A DNA stretch of 64,000 bases, from assembly GCA_964473825.1 (NCBI GenBank), contig CAYYQL010000012.1, forward strand, positions 1,561 through 65,560, written 5' to 3'. A program made the translations under genes and the position numbers. This stretch comes from an uncultured archaeon (GTDB lineage Archaea > Asgardarchaeota > Thorarchaeia > Thorarchaeales > Thorarchaeaceae). The notes under the pieces are model-generated. The model saw only the letters and a list, made by a program, of their open reading frames with translations, was not told the DNA's origin and ran no database searches. Shown piece after piece: positions 50,050-59,236 of this stretch. How positions within the stretch are numbered: position 1 is the stretch's first letter; every line of letters starts with the position of its first letter.

Positions 50050-51435
50050 TTGGCTAACGCAGACATTGTATCCTATCACGATAAAGAGAAGTATCCAAGC
50101 CACACAGGCGCGGTTCTTGCCATCCTTGTGGTGATTGGTGGTTTCATAGCCTACGGCACCTATTCGCTGCTACAGCTATGGAACCAATACGGTCAAGATA
50201 TCCTTGATGCAATACAGAGTTCGGGTCTACCGGACTTTCTGACCGCTAATATCTACTCCATCGCAGGCATCTTCGGAGCATTGATTGTTCTCAGCCTTCT
50301 GATGGCGGTCGGAGCATCAGCGCTGGCTAATCGACTAGGAGGAACCCTGATCTACCTAGGAGCTGTGTTCATGAACGTGATCACATGGCTTGCCCCGATT
50401 GCCCTGTTTGTGGCATCGGGCTTCAACTTCGCAGCGCTCACCTCGGCATGGCCAGTGATGCTACCAGGACTGTTCACGTTGTTCATAACCATCCTTCTGT
50501 TCACTGTCTACAAGGACCGCGTAAGGCGAGCTGGCGAGATCATCAAACTGACGGGACGAGTCTGTCTCGATGAGAAAGGTGTTTTTGTGCCACCGCTTGT
50601 GACAATGTTCTTCACATTCATCTCGGCCCTGATGTTCGGTGCAATCATCTTCCAGTTCACACCAATGGATGTCCTCATGGGCACTTCGGAGTGGACTCTT
50701 GAAACGGCAACGCCGGTGGGCGTAGGTGTTGTGCTCTATCTGTTCACGACCATATTTTTCTACAACTTCGCTTATGGGACCTCGTCGGCTATGGTCTATA
50801 TCTACATGAGAGGACGAGACCCGACCCTAGGTGACGGTGTGAAGAGCACACTTGGAGTTATCGGCGGTATCGCAGCTCTTAGCATCGCGGGCGTCATAGT
50901 CGTGATAGTGAGGTTCATACTTCAGCGGCTTGGCAGAGAGCTTGGCGGAGCAGGTGGTGCTGCCGTTGGAAGGGTTGCAGGCGGAGTGATAGGTTGGATA
51001 TGGGCCCTGATCAACTTCTTCACGATTCCAGCTATGGTGGCCGAACAGACTGGAGCGAAAGATGGAATCAAGCGGAGTGCCGGCCTCGTGCGACGTAACT
51101 TCGTTGACGTCATCATCAAGGAAACAGCTGTGCGTTGGGGCTTCGGCGTTCTTGCAGCAATCTTCTTCATCGCATTCGCTGCCGGAGGAGCAGCTATAGG
51201 TTGGCTATATTCAGGTGACCTGTTGATGACTCTACTCTTTACCATCATATTCGTGGTGTTCGCAGCGATACCCAGTACTCTGGTGCTGCGCACCTTTGAC
51301 ATAGTATACATCACATTGCTCTATGTCTTCATCCGAAGACAGGAGGGCGAGGTCAAAGGGAAGAGCGCTATTCCAAGCTCGATGGAGAGAGAGCTCAAGT
51401 CAGCCTACAACACGGCTCAGAGAAAAGGTGGCTAG
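50050..51435 (+). CDS. polytopic integral membrane protein, unknown function
   Basis: About 10 hydrophobic helices and Gly-rich loops (GGAGGAAVGRVAGGVIG). No transporter signature recognised. Confidence 0.55.
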   Translation: MANADIVSYHDKEKYPSHTGAVLAILVVIGGFIAYGTYSLLQLWNQYGQDILDAIQSSGLPDFLTANIYSIAGIFGALIVLSLLMAVGASALANRLGGTLIYLGAVFMNVITWLAPIALFVASGFNFAALTSAWPVMLPGLFTLFITILLFTVYKDRVRRAGEIIKLTGRVCLDEKGVFVPPLVTMFFTFISALMFGAIIFQFTPMDVLMGTSEWTLETATPVGVGVVLYLFTTIFFYNFAYGTSSAMVYIYMRGRDPTLGDGVKSTLGVIGGIAALSIAGVIVVIVRFILQRLGRELGGAGGAAVGRVAGGVIGWIWALINFFTIPAMVAEQTGAKDGIKRSAGLVRRNFVDVIIKETAVRWGFGVLAAIFFIAFAAGGAAIGWLYSGDLLMTLLFTIIFVVFAAIPSTLVLRTFDIVYITLLYVFIRRQEGEVKGKSAIPSSMERELKSAYNTAQRKGG

Positions 51436-51620
51436 TAGACATTCAAAGGGTGGCCTCTAGCCATCCCTTGTCCTTTTCTTCATCCTGACGTAGTGGAAAG
51501 TGCTGTTGGATGGATCAGGAAATGAGGTCCACTGAAGCAGTCTGCTTCTTGGGGGTCCGTAAACCGAGTCATTATCTCCGGCCGTAACAGCCTAAAGGAA
51601 GTCTGCGGCCGAATTCCTCG

Positions 51621-52643
51621 GTGTGCCTGATGATTGCGACAAAAGCTGCAGCCAATGCACTAGAGTCGGTCTTAGAAGCAAGACGGGGAGAATCGATTCT
51701 GATTGTGTGCGATGACGTAAGGAGAGATATTGGATATGCATTTGCCAGCGGAGCCTTAGATTTGGACCTCTGGACGAGGTTACTCGTTCTTGAAACAGAT
51801 GAGGGATTCAGGAGCGATGTTCCCCTGCACTTGATGGAGATGATCAATGCTCAGCCGCAGCCAGATATCTTCGTAAATCTGCTGAGAGGACCAGCAGAAG
51901 AAACTCCCTTCAGAATCAAGATCATCAAACTGGAGACCAGAAAGGGTAATTCGCGAGTAGGGCACTGTCCAGGAATCACAATGGAAATGCTCACCGAAGG
52001 AGCTCTTGCTTTGACCAGAGAAGAGAACGCGGAGATGCAAGAGAAGGCCAGAGACCTCCTGACGCTGCTCCAAGATGTTGAATCAGTCCATGTCACAGCA
52101 CCGGCTGGGACAGACTTCACACTCAGTGTGAAAGGAAGAACATGGTTCACCGATACCGCAATCAACTGGAAGACAATGAAATGGATGAATCTGCCTACAG
52201 GTGAGGTATTAGTCGGCCCAGTTGAGACCTCCATGAATGGCGTGCTAGTCTGCGACCTTGCAGTGGGCGGAGTCGGTCCCCTAGTGAGTCCGATACGTGT
52301 TGAAGTGGAACAGGGGCGTGTCCAGAAACTAGAATCTGACGACAAGAAGGCGCTGAGAGTTGTCGAAGAAACGCAAGACACAGACAAGATGGCAAAATAT
52401 GTCGGTGAGTTCGCAATGGGCCTTAATCCCAAGGCTAGAATCGTTGAGGAATTCCTCGAGTCGGAGAAAGTGGGAAATACTATCCATGTGGCGTTCGGCA
52501 ATAACATGGACTATCCGGGGACGGTTGGCAATAACTCAGCAACCCATCAGGACTTTCTGGTTGACAAGCCAACTGTGACTATAGACTATACAGATGGTCG
52601 ATCAAGGACAATAATGGAAGATGGAGAGGTTCGTCTCTCTTGA
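51621..52643 (+). CDS. putative M29-family aminopeptidase (aminopeptidase T/S-like)
   Basis: Size of about 340 aa. Conserved-looking GNTIHVAFGNN and SATHQDFL blocks similar to thermophilic M29 metalloproteases. From memory only. Confidence 0.45.
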   Translation: MCLMIATKAAANALESVLEARRGESILIVCDDVRRDIGYAFASGALDLDLWTRLLVLETDEGFRSDVPLHLMEMINAQPQPDIFVNLLRGPAEETPFRIKIIKLETRKGNSRVGHCPGITMEMLTEGALALTREENAEMQEKARDLLTLLQDVESVHVTAPAGTDFTLSVKGRTWFTDTAINWKTMKWMNLPTGEVLVGPVETSMNGVLVCDLAVGGVGPLVSPIRVEVEQGRVQKLESDDKKALRVVEETQDTDKMAKYVGEFAMGLNPKARIVEEFLESEKVGNTIHVAFGNNMDYPGTVGNNSATHQDFLVDKPTVTIDYTDGRSRTIMEDGEVRLS

Positions 52644-52943
52644 GAGTCTTGTGAAGACAGTGAGATGCTTCTTGCACAGAGTCCGCGCCTATTGTATCTA
52701 GCATAGAGAAATATTCCATGGAGGCCTCCCTTGACTAAGGAACAAGATTGTTTTCTTGATCACGGCTCTGTGTGAAAAGTCGATGAAAGGACAATAATTA
52801 GAACTATTCACGCCATACCGTGAACGAATCTCAAACGCGTCGTCGCTTTTTGTGACCATAATAATTCATGGTTGATGAGTTTTCACACAGCGCCCTTGAT
52901 CACTAAACGATAGGTCATGCAATAGAGTTGTCCCCTGCAGGTT

Positions 52944-54173
52944 TCAGAGCCATTCAAACGCTTTACGCCAGGTGCTGCTTGAAAGTGCAAAGGGACTCAG
53001 GTAAACCGTTTGAAAGAATCTTTTCAGTTCTCCTTCCGATTTTGCTCTCTCAAACGTCGGCAAAACATACCGGGTTCGGCCTATGAAGTAGTTGAAGATA
53101 TATGGTGCCCACAAGTTTGGTCGACCGTCGTCCCTCTTGGGCTTGACGAAGCCTAGTGATTCCTCCGCAGTTTCCCGAGAGAAGAGTCCTCTCTCTTGAA
53201 CGAACCAAACCACTTCATCGAATGGCCGCTCTTTGTGATTGAGCATGATTGCTGCATTGATGCTGACCATCCGTCTAAGGGTGTATAATGCATCTATGGC
53301 CTTCTTGCTAGGATTGTCAATCACAATTCCAAGGAAGTCTTTGGCTGTATCAGCTGTGCCCTCAGAAATGACACACCGTCCAGTGTGAAGTGGTACAATA
53401 CTCAGCTCAGTCAAATTGTTCTCCTTGTATGCCTTCTCACGCCAGAGATTAGATACGTGATGCTCATACTCATGGTATACAACACCCAGCAATCGGTCTC
53501 TGTTGAATGAACGGTCGATGTTGAAACAATTGATGGAACGATAGTCGCCCTGGTAATAGTTGTACCCACCCCAGGGCTCATTCTGAACTGTTTCATATCT
53601 GACTCCATTGTCAGTGACCACATCACCAATCTGCGAGAATACTCGAGTCTTGAACATATCCCCCACTTCCCGAGTCTTCTCTTGTAGCTCACCCATGATA
53701 AGATTGCCGAGCTCCTCTCCTCTGACACGGCCCTTCTCTGTGAACTGTCGCACCTTCTCCTTGAGGTCCTCTCCTGGATGATCTGCAAGAAGGTCCTGTA
53801 GAACATCAGTGGCATCACCGAGGTCCGAATCCGAGAAGCTTGCAATCTGAATACCGAAAAGTCCTTCCACTAAGTCTGCGTAAGATATGTTGTCGCCTGC
53901 GAGCCAGCTGATCAGGACCTGCATGGACTCTATCTCACCCAACATGTAATCGCGACGTAGCTCGTGGTCCAGCCCATCTCTGCAGCGGTCCAGAAGAACG
54001 CCCAGCTCGTGTACCAATTTACCAGAAGACTGACACTCATCTTGCAAGGCGGGTGCCAGTTCTTGGGGACCAAAATATGCGTCGACAATGCTATTCCCGG
54101 TGATTCGCTTTGAGTATTGCCCCACTTTCCCGCAGACTCTGACGAATTCTTCAGCCTCGTTCATAGCTACCAA
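52944..54173 (-). CDS. putative zinc metallopeptidase (HExxH)
   Basis: HEYEHH motif within about 400 aa of otherwise unassigned sequence. Family not determined. Confidence 0.4.
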   Translation of the reverse strand: MVAMNEAEEFVRVCGKVGQYSKRITGNSIVDAYFGPQELAPALQDECQSSGKLVHELGVLLDRCRDGLDHELRRDYMLGEIESMQVLISWLAGDNISYADLVEGLFGIQIASFSDSDLGDATDVLQDLLADHPGEDLKEKVRQFTEKGRVRGEELGNLIMGELQEKTREVGDMFKTRVFSQIGDVVTDNGVRYETVQNEPWGGYNYYQGDYRSINCFNIDRSFNRDRLLGVVYHEYEHHVSNLWREKAYKENNLTELSIVPLHTGRCVISEGTADTAKDFLGIVIDNPSKKAIDALYTLRRMVSINAAIMLNHKERPFDEVVWFVQERGLFSRETAEESLGFVKPKRDDGRPNLWAPYIFNYFIGRTRYVLPTFERAKSEGELKRFFQTVYLSPFALSSSTWRKAFEWL

Positions 54174-54291
54174 TATGACGGCCTGTCTAGATATTTAGAA
54201 TCTACTGGTTTGAAAGAAGCATGTTGGCAAGACACCCGATTTGCAGAAAGAAAGATATCTGGCCGCGTCTAGAAGACGAGGGTGAACTTGC

Positions 54292-54642
54292 ATGCCGAAG
54301 AAGAAGTCGAGTAAGAAGGCCATAGGAGTAGCTCTTTTCATCATCATCGTAGCTGTAGGTATTGTCGCTTGGCAAGATGGATTGATTGGTGAAGCCAGCA
54401 TTGCTGATATTAATGCTGGAAACATAGACAACGGAACTGCTGTGACAATCAAGGGGAAGCTCATCTTCAGAGCGGGAAATCTCCACACGGTCAAGTCACT
54501 CAGTGGAGACAACTTCGTCATCTTCGAGTGGGCGGGAAGTTCTCCACCGCTTGATTCGATTGTTGTTGTAAGAGGCGTTGTCAGCTCCATAGGAACGCTA
54601 TCGGATGTCACATCAGTGGAAGTTGTGTGGGTCTTTCAGTAG
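54292..54642 (+). CDS. small N-terminally anchored protein (signal anchor plus beta-rich domain)
   Basis: MPKKKSSKKAIGVALFIIIVAVGIVAW: positive N-terminus then TM. Unknown function. Confidence 0.4.
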   Translation: MPKKKSSKKAIGVALFIIIVAVGIVAWQDGLIGEASIADINAGNIDNGTAVTIKGKLIFRAGNLHTVKSLSGDNFVIFEWAGSSPPLDSIVVVRGVVSSIGTLSDVTSVEVVWVFQ

Positions 54643-54653
54643 TGGACAACCGC

Positions 54654-55586
54654 TCAATCAGAACCGTCAACTCGGTAGACAGACGCGGTCTTCACAATGG
54701 CACGGAGCTGCTCGATACGGTCTAGGTCGGTACCCACCATACCATAGGTAGTAACGCCTAAGAATCGTTCTACTGTCAGTGGCGGCACCGCATCCCCCAA
54801 ATCCTGGTAATTCGCAATTGCAATGATGTGCTTTGGGAGATTCCTGAAGTGCGCCTCAAGAATTCCTTTCGCACGGGCCACTCCGGTCTTGTTGCTCTTC
54901 AGCACAATGATTCCCACATCTGCTCTCTTGAGATAGGAGGCCCACAATTTCCTGTAGTGAGTTGATCCGGGAAGGTCATAAATGGTCAGCAACTGGTTTG
55001 CGACCATGTACCACTCGTCGGATTCGTAAGGTGTCTTCTTCTCGAGAATCTCTTGAAGTTGACCTGCATTGGGGGCAGCAACTGCTCTCACTGATGGGCG
55101 ATACTCCAAAGTAATATCTCCTGAAGTGAGCATGGAGAAGAGGGAGCTCTTCCCGGACCCTGCCTCTCCAAACAAGACAAGCCTGACATAGTCGATGACT
55201 TGGTCGTTTATCCTGCGTGCAAGAAGCTTCCTTCGACTGGCCGAAATAGACTTGAGTGTTTTGCCATCAGTAGCGCTGACTACTTCTTTGGTCACTGAGA
55301 GTGCCTTATCTGTGACAGATTTTCTGCCTTCTGATTCATCGCCAACTACCATTATCACAAAGGGATTCCTTCGTGCTATCCCGAAACGCCTCAGCAACCC
55401 GTCAGGCCCCATTTGTTCGACGTAGTATACCCGAATGTTACCGGATTCGTAGTCTACGGCGGGTTCCATTGAGTGTGTCCTCTTTCCGACCTGCCGAATG
55501 GTATCCCAGTCAACAACCTGCGGTAAATACTCAAGTCTGAGTTTGATGCCGTAGTAGGTTGACATGACTAGGACTTCGACAATCAT
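54654..55586 (-). CDS. small Ras-superfamily GTPase with about 130-aa N-terminal extension domain
   Basis: G1 motif LVLFGEAGSGKSSL, G3 motif DLPGS, G4-like ANYQD. The N-terminal domain may be roadblock/longin-like; that is inferred, not seen. Confidence 0.65.
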   Translation of the reverse strand: MIVEVLVMSTYYGIKLRLEYLPQVVDWDTIRQVGKRTHSMEPAVDYESGNIRVYYVEQMGPDGLLRRFGIARRNPFVIMVVGDESEGRKSVTDKALSVTKEVVSATDGKTLKSISASRRKLLARRINDQVIDYVRLVLFGEAGSGKSSLFSMLTSGDITLEYRPSVRAVAAPNAGQLQEILEKKTPYESDEWYMVANQLLTIYDLPGSTHYRKLWASYLKRADVGIIVLKSNKTGVARAKGILEAHFRNLPKHIIAIANYQDLGDAVPPLTVERFLGVTTYGMVGTDLDRIEQLRAIVKTASVYRVDGSD

Positions 55587-55656
55587 GAAACGGCCTTCTT
55601 TGGATTTGATGGTTCCTGTCTAGGTCGGCCAGCAATATAATTCATTCTGGCTTGGT

Positions 55657-56412
55657 CTAGACAAGCAACTCGCTCCGCCCTAAAACGCGCTCAACGCCAT
55701 CTATTGCAACCAGATTGAATGTGGCATCGTTTCTCGTAAGGTCTATTCGTGTATAGACTTGAGTGGTTGCGCCGCGGATTCTTCGAGAGAGGAGAGTCCC
55801 GGTAGTATAGTGAACCATATCATTGAGGCGCCACATCCAGGGCACGTGTCGATGACCGTTGAGCACCAGAGAACACTTTGATACCTGAAGAGTTCCAAGC
55901 ACATCGCCTGCGTCCTCCACAACGTTGTGTTCTCGACCGGTATGCGGAACAGGCAACAGATGGTGATGCAAAGCAAGGATCTTGATTTTCTCCTTTGCTA
56001 GGCCGAAGAAATCACGTATCTGCATATAGTATGCCCGGCCAACGTGGCCTGCGTCATTATCGGGTTCAGAGCTATCAATAGCGAACAAAGCAACCTCTTC
56101 TGTTTCATGGCGAGTGAACCGCTCGCCGAAGAGCTCCTCGAAGTGAGCTGTCCCGTAGTTCCGCTCGTCGTGGTTCCCCGGCACAATGATCATGGGAACG
56201 TCGATACCGTCGACAGCCTCATGGAATGCTTCATACTCCTCCCTGAGCCCCTCAGAGGTCAGGTCGCCAGTGATCAGTAGAAGGGGGTTGGTCATGGCCT
56301 TCGACTTCTTCTCCACACCGTCCAAGATCCTCAGAAAGTCATCAATCTTGACCCCCTGTTCACCAATGTGCACGTCACTCATGTGGAAGATTGTCATGAT
56401 CAACTGGGGCAT
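55657..56412 (-). CDS. calcineurin-like metallophosphoesterase
   Basis: MSDVHIG, GDLT, GNHD and GHRH metal-ligand motifs in canonical order. Its ATG abuts the stop of the upstream membrane-protein gene with 0 nt spacing. Confidence 0.82.
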   Translation of the reverse strand: MPQLIMTIFHMSDVHIGEQGVKIDDFLRILDGVEKKSKAMTNPLLLITGDLTSEGLREEYEAFHEAVDGIDVPMIIVPGNHDERNYGTAHFEELFGERFTRHETEEVALFAIDSSEPDNDAGHVGRAYYMQIRDFFGLAKEKIKILALHHHLLPVPHTGREHNVVEDAGDVLGTLQVSKCSLVLNGHRHVPWMWRLNDMVHYTTGTLLSRRIRGATTQVYTRIDLTRNDATFNLVAIDGVERVLGRSELLV

Positions 56413-58587
56413 CTAGCGAAATCCTCCGCTTACACACGCAGAGTGACACGCAGAATGGCATGCGCTATGGCACACGCAAGCACTATGACATGCCGAGTGA
56501 CATGCCGAGTGGCACGCATCATGAGTGACACACGCTGAATGGCAAGCGTCATGTGATACGCAGCGACTTGTACCCTCAACGATTGGCTTCAGTGGCTCGC
56601 TGATAATGTTAGCTACGCCATTCATGACCTCACCGATAGTGCTAGTGACATTGGACATAATCTGGCCGGTTGTGGCAGCTATATCACCTACCACTCGACC
56701 CGCGCCGCTGATTGCATGACCTGTAGCATCAGCAACACCTCGGAACCACTCTGGAATATCTGGGGGAGAAATTGCACCGCCCGTATCCTTGAAGATGCCA
56801 CCGATTCGTGTGTCATGTCGTGGATGCATATACAACCAATACCAAGCCCAAGAATCATGATACCTTCTGTCGAAGTAATAGTCAGTCCGGCCATGGATCG
56901 TGGGGTTGGTCTCAAGCTCGTTCCAGGCCCCTTCAATCATCTCGTCATGATGCTCCTTGGTCGCCTCGAAGTCTGCATCCCATGATTTCTTCTGCACGTG
57001 TTCTCCAAGTTCGTCAATCATCTCATCGACCAGCTCTGGGTCCAACTCATTGTCCTTGATGGCCTCGAGGAACAGCTCCTCGTAGTAGGTCAGTTCCTCG
57101 AACTTGACGCCGGTCACCGAGAGCTTCAGTGGCTCAGAGGAAATTACTCGGACTGCTCCCTTCTTGACGCAGGACATGAGTATCATCGTGATAAGTTTCT
57201 GTCGGCTCGTGTTGAAGAAGAAAGCGGACTCGACAGGGTCTAGCTCTGCAACCGTCCCAGGGGTTCCATAGGTCTCAACTGCAATCTCTGGGCTCTCGTA
57301 GTCATAAGTGGTTTCATCCGCAGTCCACTTGGCCCCGTACGAGTATGTGACTTTCTTGTAGACGTAGTAGAGTATACCGAGCGCCATGATTCCTGATATA
57401 CCGATGATGAGGAGGTCAGGCGGTATCAGGGGTGGGATATACTCCCTTACGTAGACGTCGACTGTAAAGGTCCCGCCGACCGAACCCTCAGAGTTTTCTC
57501 CTGTAATAAGAAAGATGACTGTTAGAACCTCAGGAATGTTATCAGCCCTGAAAGTATAGGTTAGGTATTCGCTCTGACCACCCGCAAGATTCCCAATGTA
57601 TGTTTCGAGCGCTCCATAAATCAGAGTCATATTGTCAGGTAGTCCTAGAGTGACTTCAACATTGGACACTGCGCTATCACCGTAATTGAAGATAACTAGC
57701 TCGTATTCGAAATTGGTATCAGCATCCACATCTACATAGGTATCACCTACAACCCCAAGATCTCCCGGTTCTACATGGTCGGCATAGAACGACCAATTCG
57801 TGTACTGAAATACCTGCAACTTGTCATATGCATATGCGGGGTCAGCTGCTAGACTAACACTGAAGTTGCGGGGAGTTGTATCCTCGGCCGAAGGATATGC
57901 GAGAAGGTTGTTCTCATCGTATTCCCGAAGGGTTTCACCCGAGGAGAGGATGCCCTGTCGGTAGTCCTCCACGTACCCTGCATGAAGTGCACCTTCGGAA
58001 GTGATTCCACCTCCAGGTACTATCCACGCCTCATCCATCTCAATCGGATAGACTACCCGTACATTCTCATACAGCACATCGATACTCCATTGGACGGGCG
58101 CCCAGTTGAGAACACCGAAGTCGCCCGTGACAGGTTCTGAAGATCCCTCAAGAGTGTACTCTCCTGTAGTCTGTTCGATTATCCTATTCGTGCTGAAGTA
58201 TCCAAAGACTACTAGGACCTGTTCACCCTCAGGAGTACGGGGCACCCAATCCAGTTTGTAGCCTTGAGAGACCTTATCCACGATAAGGGAGTATCTTGAG
58301 CCACCCCATTCTACATAGGCACGGTTTGAGTCATATACACTGCTCTCTTGGATCCCGAATAGGTCGAATCCACCAAGCCCGCCACTCGCTGCCGTAAAAG
58401 TGATGAAATAAGTCACATTGATTCTGCCGTTCTGTAGGACGACAACATCAACATAGACGCTGTTGAGTGTCGGATCTGCTGCAAGATCTGCTGAACCACT
58501 GGCCGTATTGCAGGATGCAATCATCCCCACTATGAACAGACTGAGCAGACCTGCGACGTATCTTCTCTTCATTCGTTTCTCTCCCAT
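56413..58587 (-). CDS. single-pass membrane protein (DUF2207-like topology) with C-terminal (Cys-His-Ser-Ala)n repeat tail
   Basis: Signal peptide or lipobox-like N-terminus (LFIVGMIASC). About 390-aa ectodomain. Central TM helix LLIIGISGIMALGILYYVY. About 300-aa cytoplasmic part ending SHDACHSACVTHDACHSACHSACHSACVCHSACHSACHSACVSGGFR. Confidence 0.7.
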   Translation of the reverse strand: MGEKRMKRRYVAGLLSLFIVGMIASCNTASGSADLAADPTLNSVYVDVVVLQNGRINVTYFITFTAASGGLGGFDLFGIQESSVYDSNRAYVEWGGSRYSLIVDKVSQGYKLDWVPRTPEGEQVLVVFGYFSTNRIIEQTTGEYTLEGSSEPVTGDFGVLNWAPVQWSIDVLYENVRVVYPIEMDEAWIVPGGGITSEGALHAGYVEDYRQGILSSGETLREYDENNLLAYPSAEDTTPRNFSVSLAADPAYAYDKLQVFQYTNWSFYADHVEPGDLGVVGDTYVDVDADTNFEYELVIFNYGDSAVSNVEVTLGLPDNMTLIYGALETYIGNLAGGQSEYLTYTFRADNIPEVLTVIFLITGENSEGSVGGTFTVDVYVREYIPPLIPPDLLIIGISGIMALGILYYVYKKVTYSYGAKWTADETTYDYESPEIAVETYGTPGTVAELDPVESAFFFNTSRQKLITMILMSCVKKGAVRVISSEPLKLSVTGVKFEELTYYEELFLEAIKDNELDPELVDEMIDELGEHVQKKSWDADFEATKEHHDEMIEGAWNELETNPTIHGRTDYYFDRRYHDSWAWYWLYMHPRHDTRIGGIFKDTGGAISPPDIPEWFRGVADATGHAISGAGRVVGDIAATTGQIMSNVTSTIGEVMNGVANIISEPLKPIVEGTSRCVSHDACHSACVTHDACHSACHSACHSACVCHSACHSACHSACVSGGFR
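56416..56571 (-). repeat. tandem 12-nt repeat (gtgacatgccga-type) encoding (CHSA)n at the C-terminus
   Basis: Directly visible periodicity in the nucleotide sequence (...acatgccgagtgacatgccgagtggcacgc...). Encodes about ten C-H-S-A tetrapeptide units, some with V or D substitutions. Confidence 0.8.
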
Positions 58588-58718
58588 GTACTCTCTGCTC
58601 TAATTGACCTCTTGTGCTGTCTTCCGAAGAATTCCTTCATCCTGTGATGAATGATACGGAAGCAGTCCGAGTAGAACACCGGACTCCTCTATCTCAGGCA
58701 TCAGAAGTCTCGGCCCCA

Positions 58719-59114
58719 CTATTCGCTCCTTCTTGCCCTCATGATCTCTGCCTGAGCGTAGGTCAGATTCGACAGATCTGCCTTGGCCTGAGCCCAATCA
58801 ATCAAATCTGGGAACTCCTGTATCATGCCACACCAGATAATGTGGTAGACTCGCTTCATCATAACTTGCGCATCACCCGTGGTGCCTGTGAATTCAAAGA
58901 AAGCCTTGATGATTGCAGGATTCTGCTGAGTTACATTCTGAGGAACCTCAGTTCCAAATCCTGCAAATGCCACACCGAGTTCTCGGAGAACATCCATCCT
59001 CTCACGAATTCCGGAGGCTATCACGGGCAAATCGATATCATATGCATTGAAGTGCATCTCGAGTTTCTTATCAGTTATCTTACCATATGGCAGTGTAATT
59101 TCACCGGTGGTCAT
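58719..59114 (-). CDS. hypothetical protein (131 aa), divergent from the radical SAM gene
   Basis: Compact ORF, no motif. May be a roadblock-like small alpha/beta protein; speculative. Confidence 0.4.
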   Translation of the reverse strand: MTTGEITLPYGKITDKKLEMHFNAYDIDLPVIASGIRERMDVLRELGVAFAGFGTEVPQNVTQQNPAIIKAFFEFTGTTGDAQVMMKRVYHIIWCGMIQEFPDLIDWAQAKADLSNLTYAQAEIMRARRSE

Positions 59115-59236
59115 TGTTAACTCTCTCCTAAGCGTTGCCTTCTAACTGACGTAAGCAAAGATAAGCGTTTCAGGTCATTGCCATCGAGAGTCAAGATACC
59201 AAGCCTTAAGTCGTCATAGTCATTCACTGGCTCATT

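Noticed and set aside
56413-56571. CRISPR-like array suggested by the 12-nt periodicity
   Set aside because: The repeats are contiguous with no spacers, lie in-frame inside a long ORF and encode a coherent peptide repeat. This is a coding tandem repeat, not a CRISPR array.
58600-58797. 65-aa ORF overlapping the 3' end of the 131-aa gene
   Set aside because: It overlaps a better-supported longer ORF on the same strand in a different frame. No motif.
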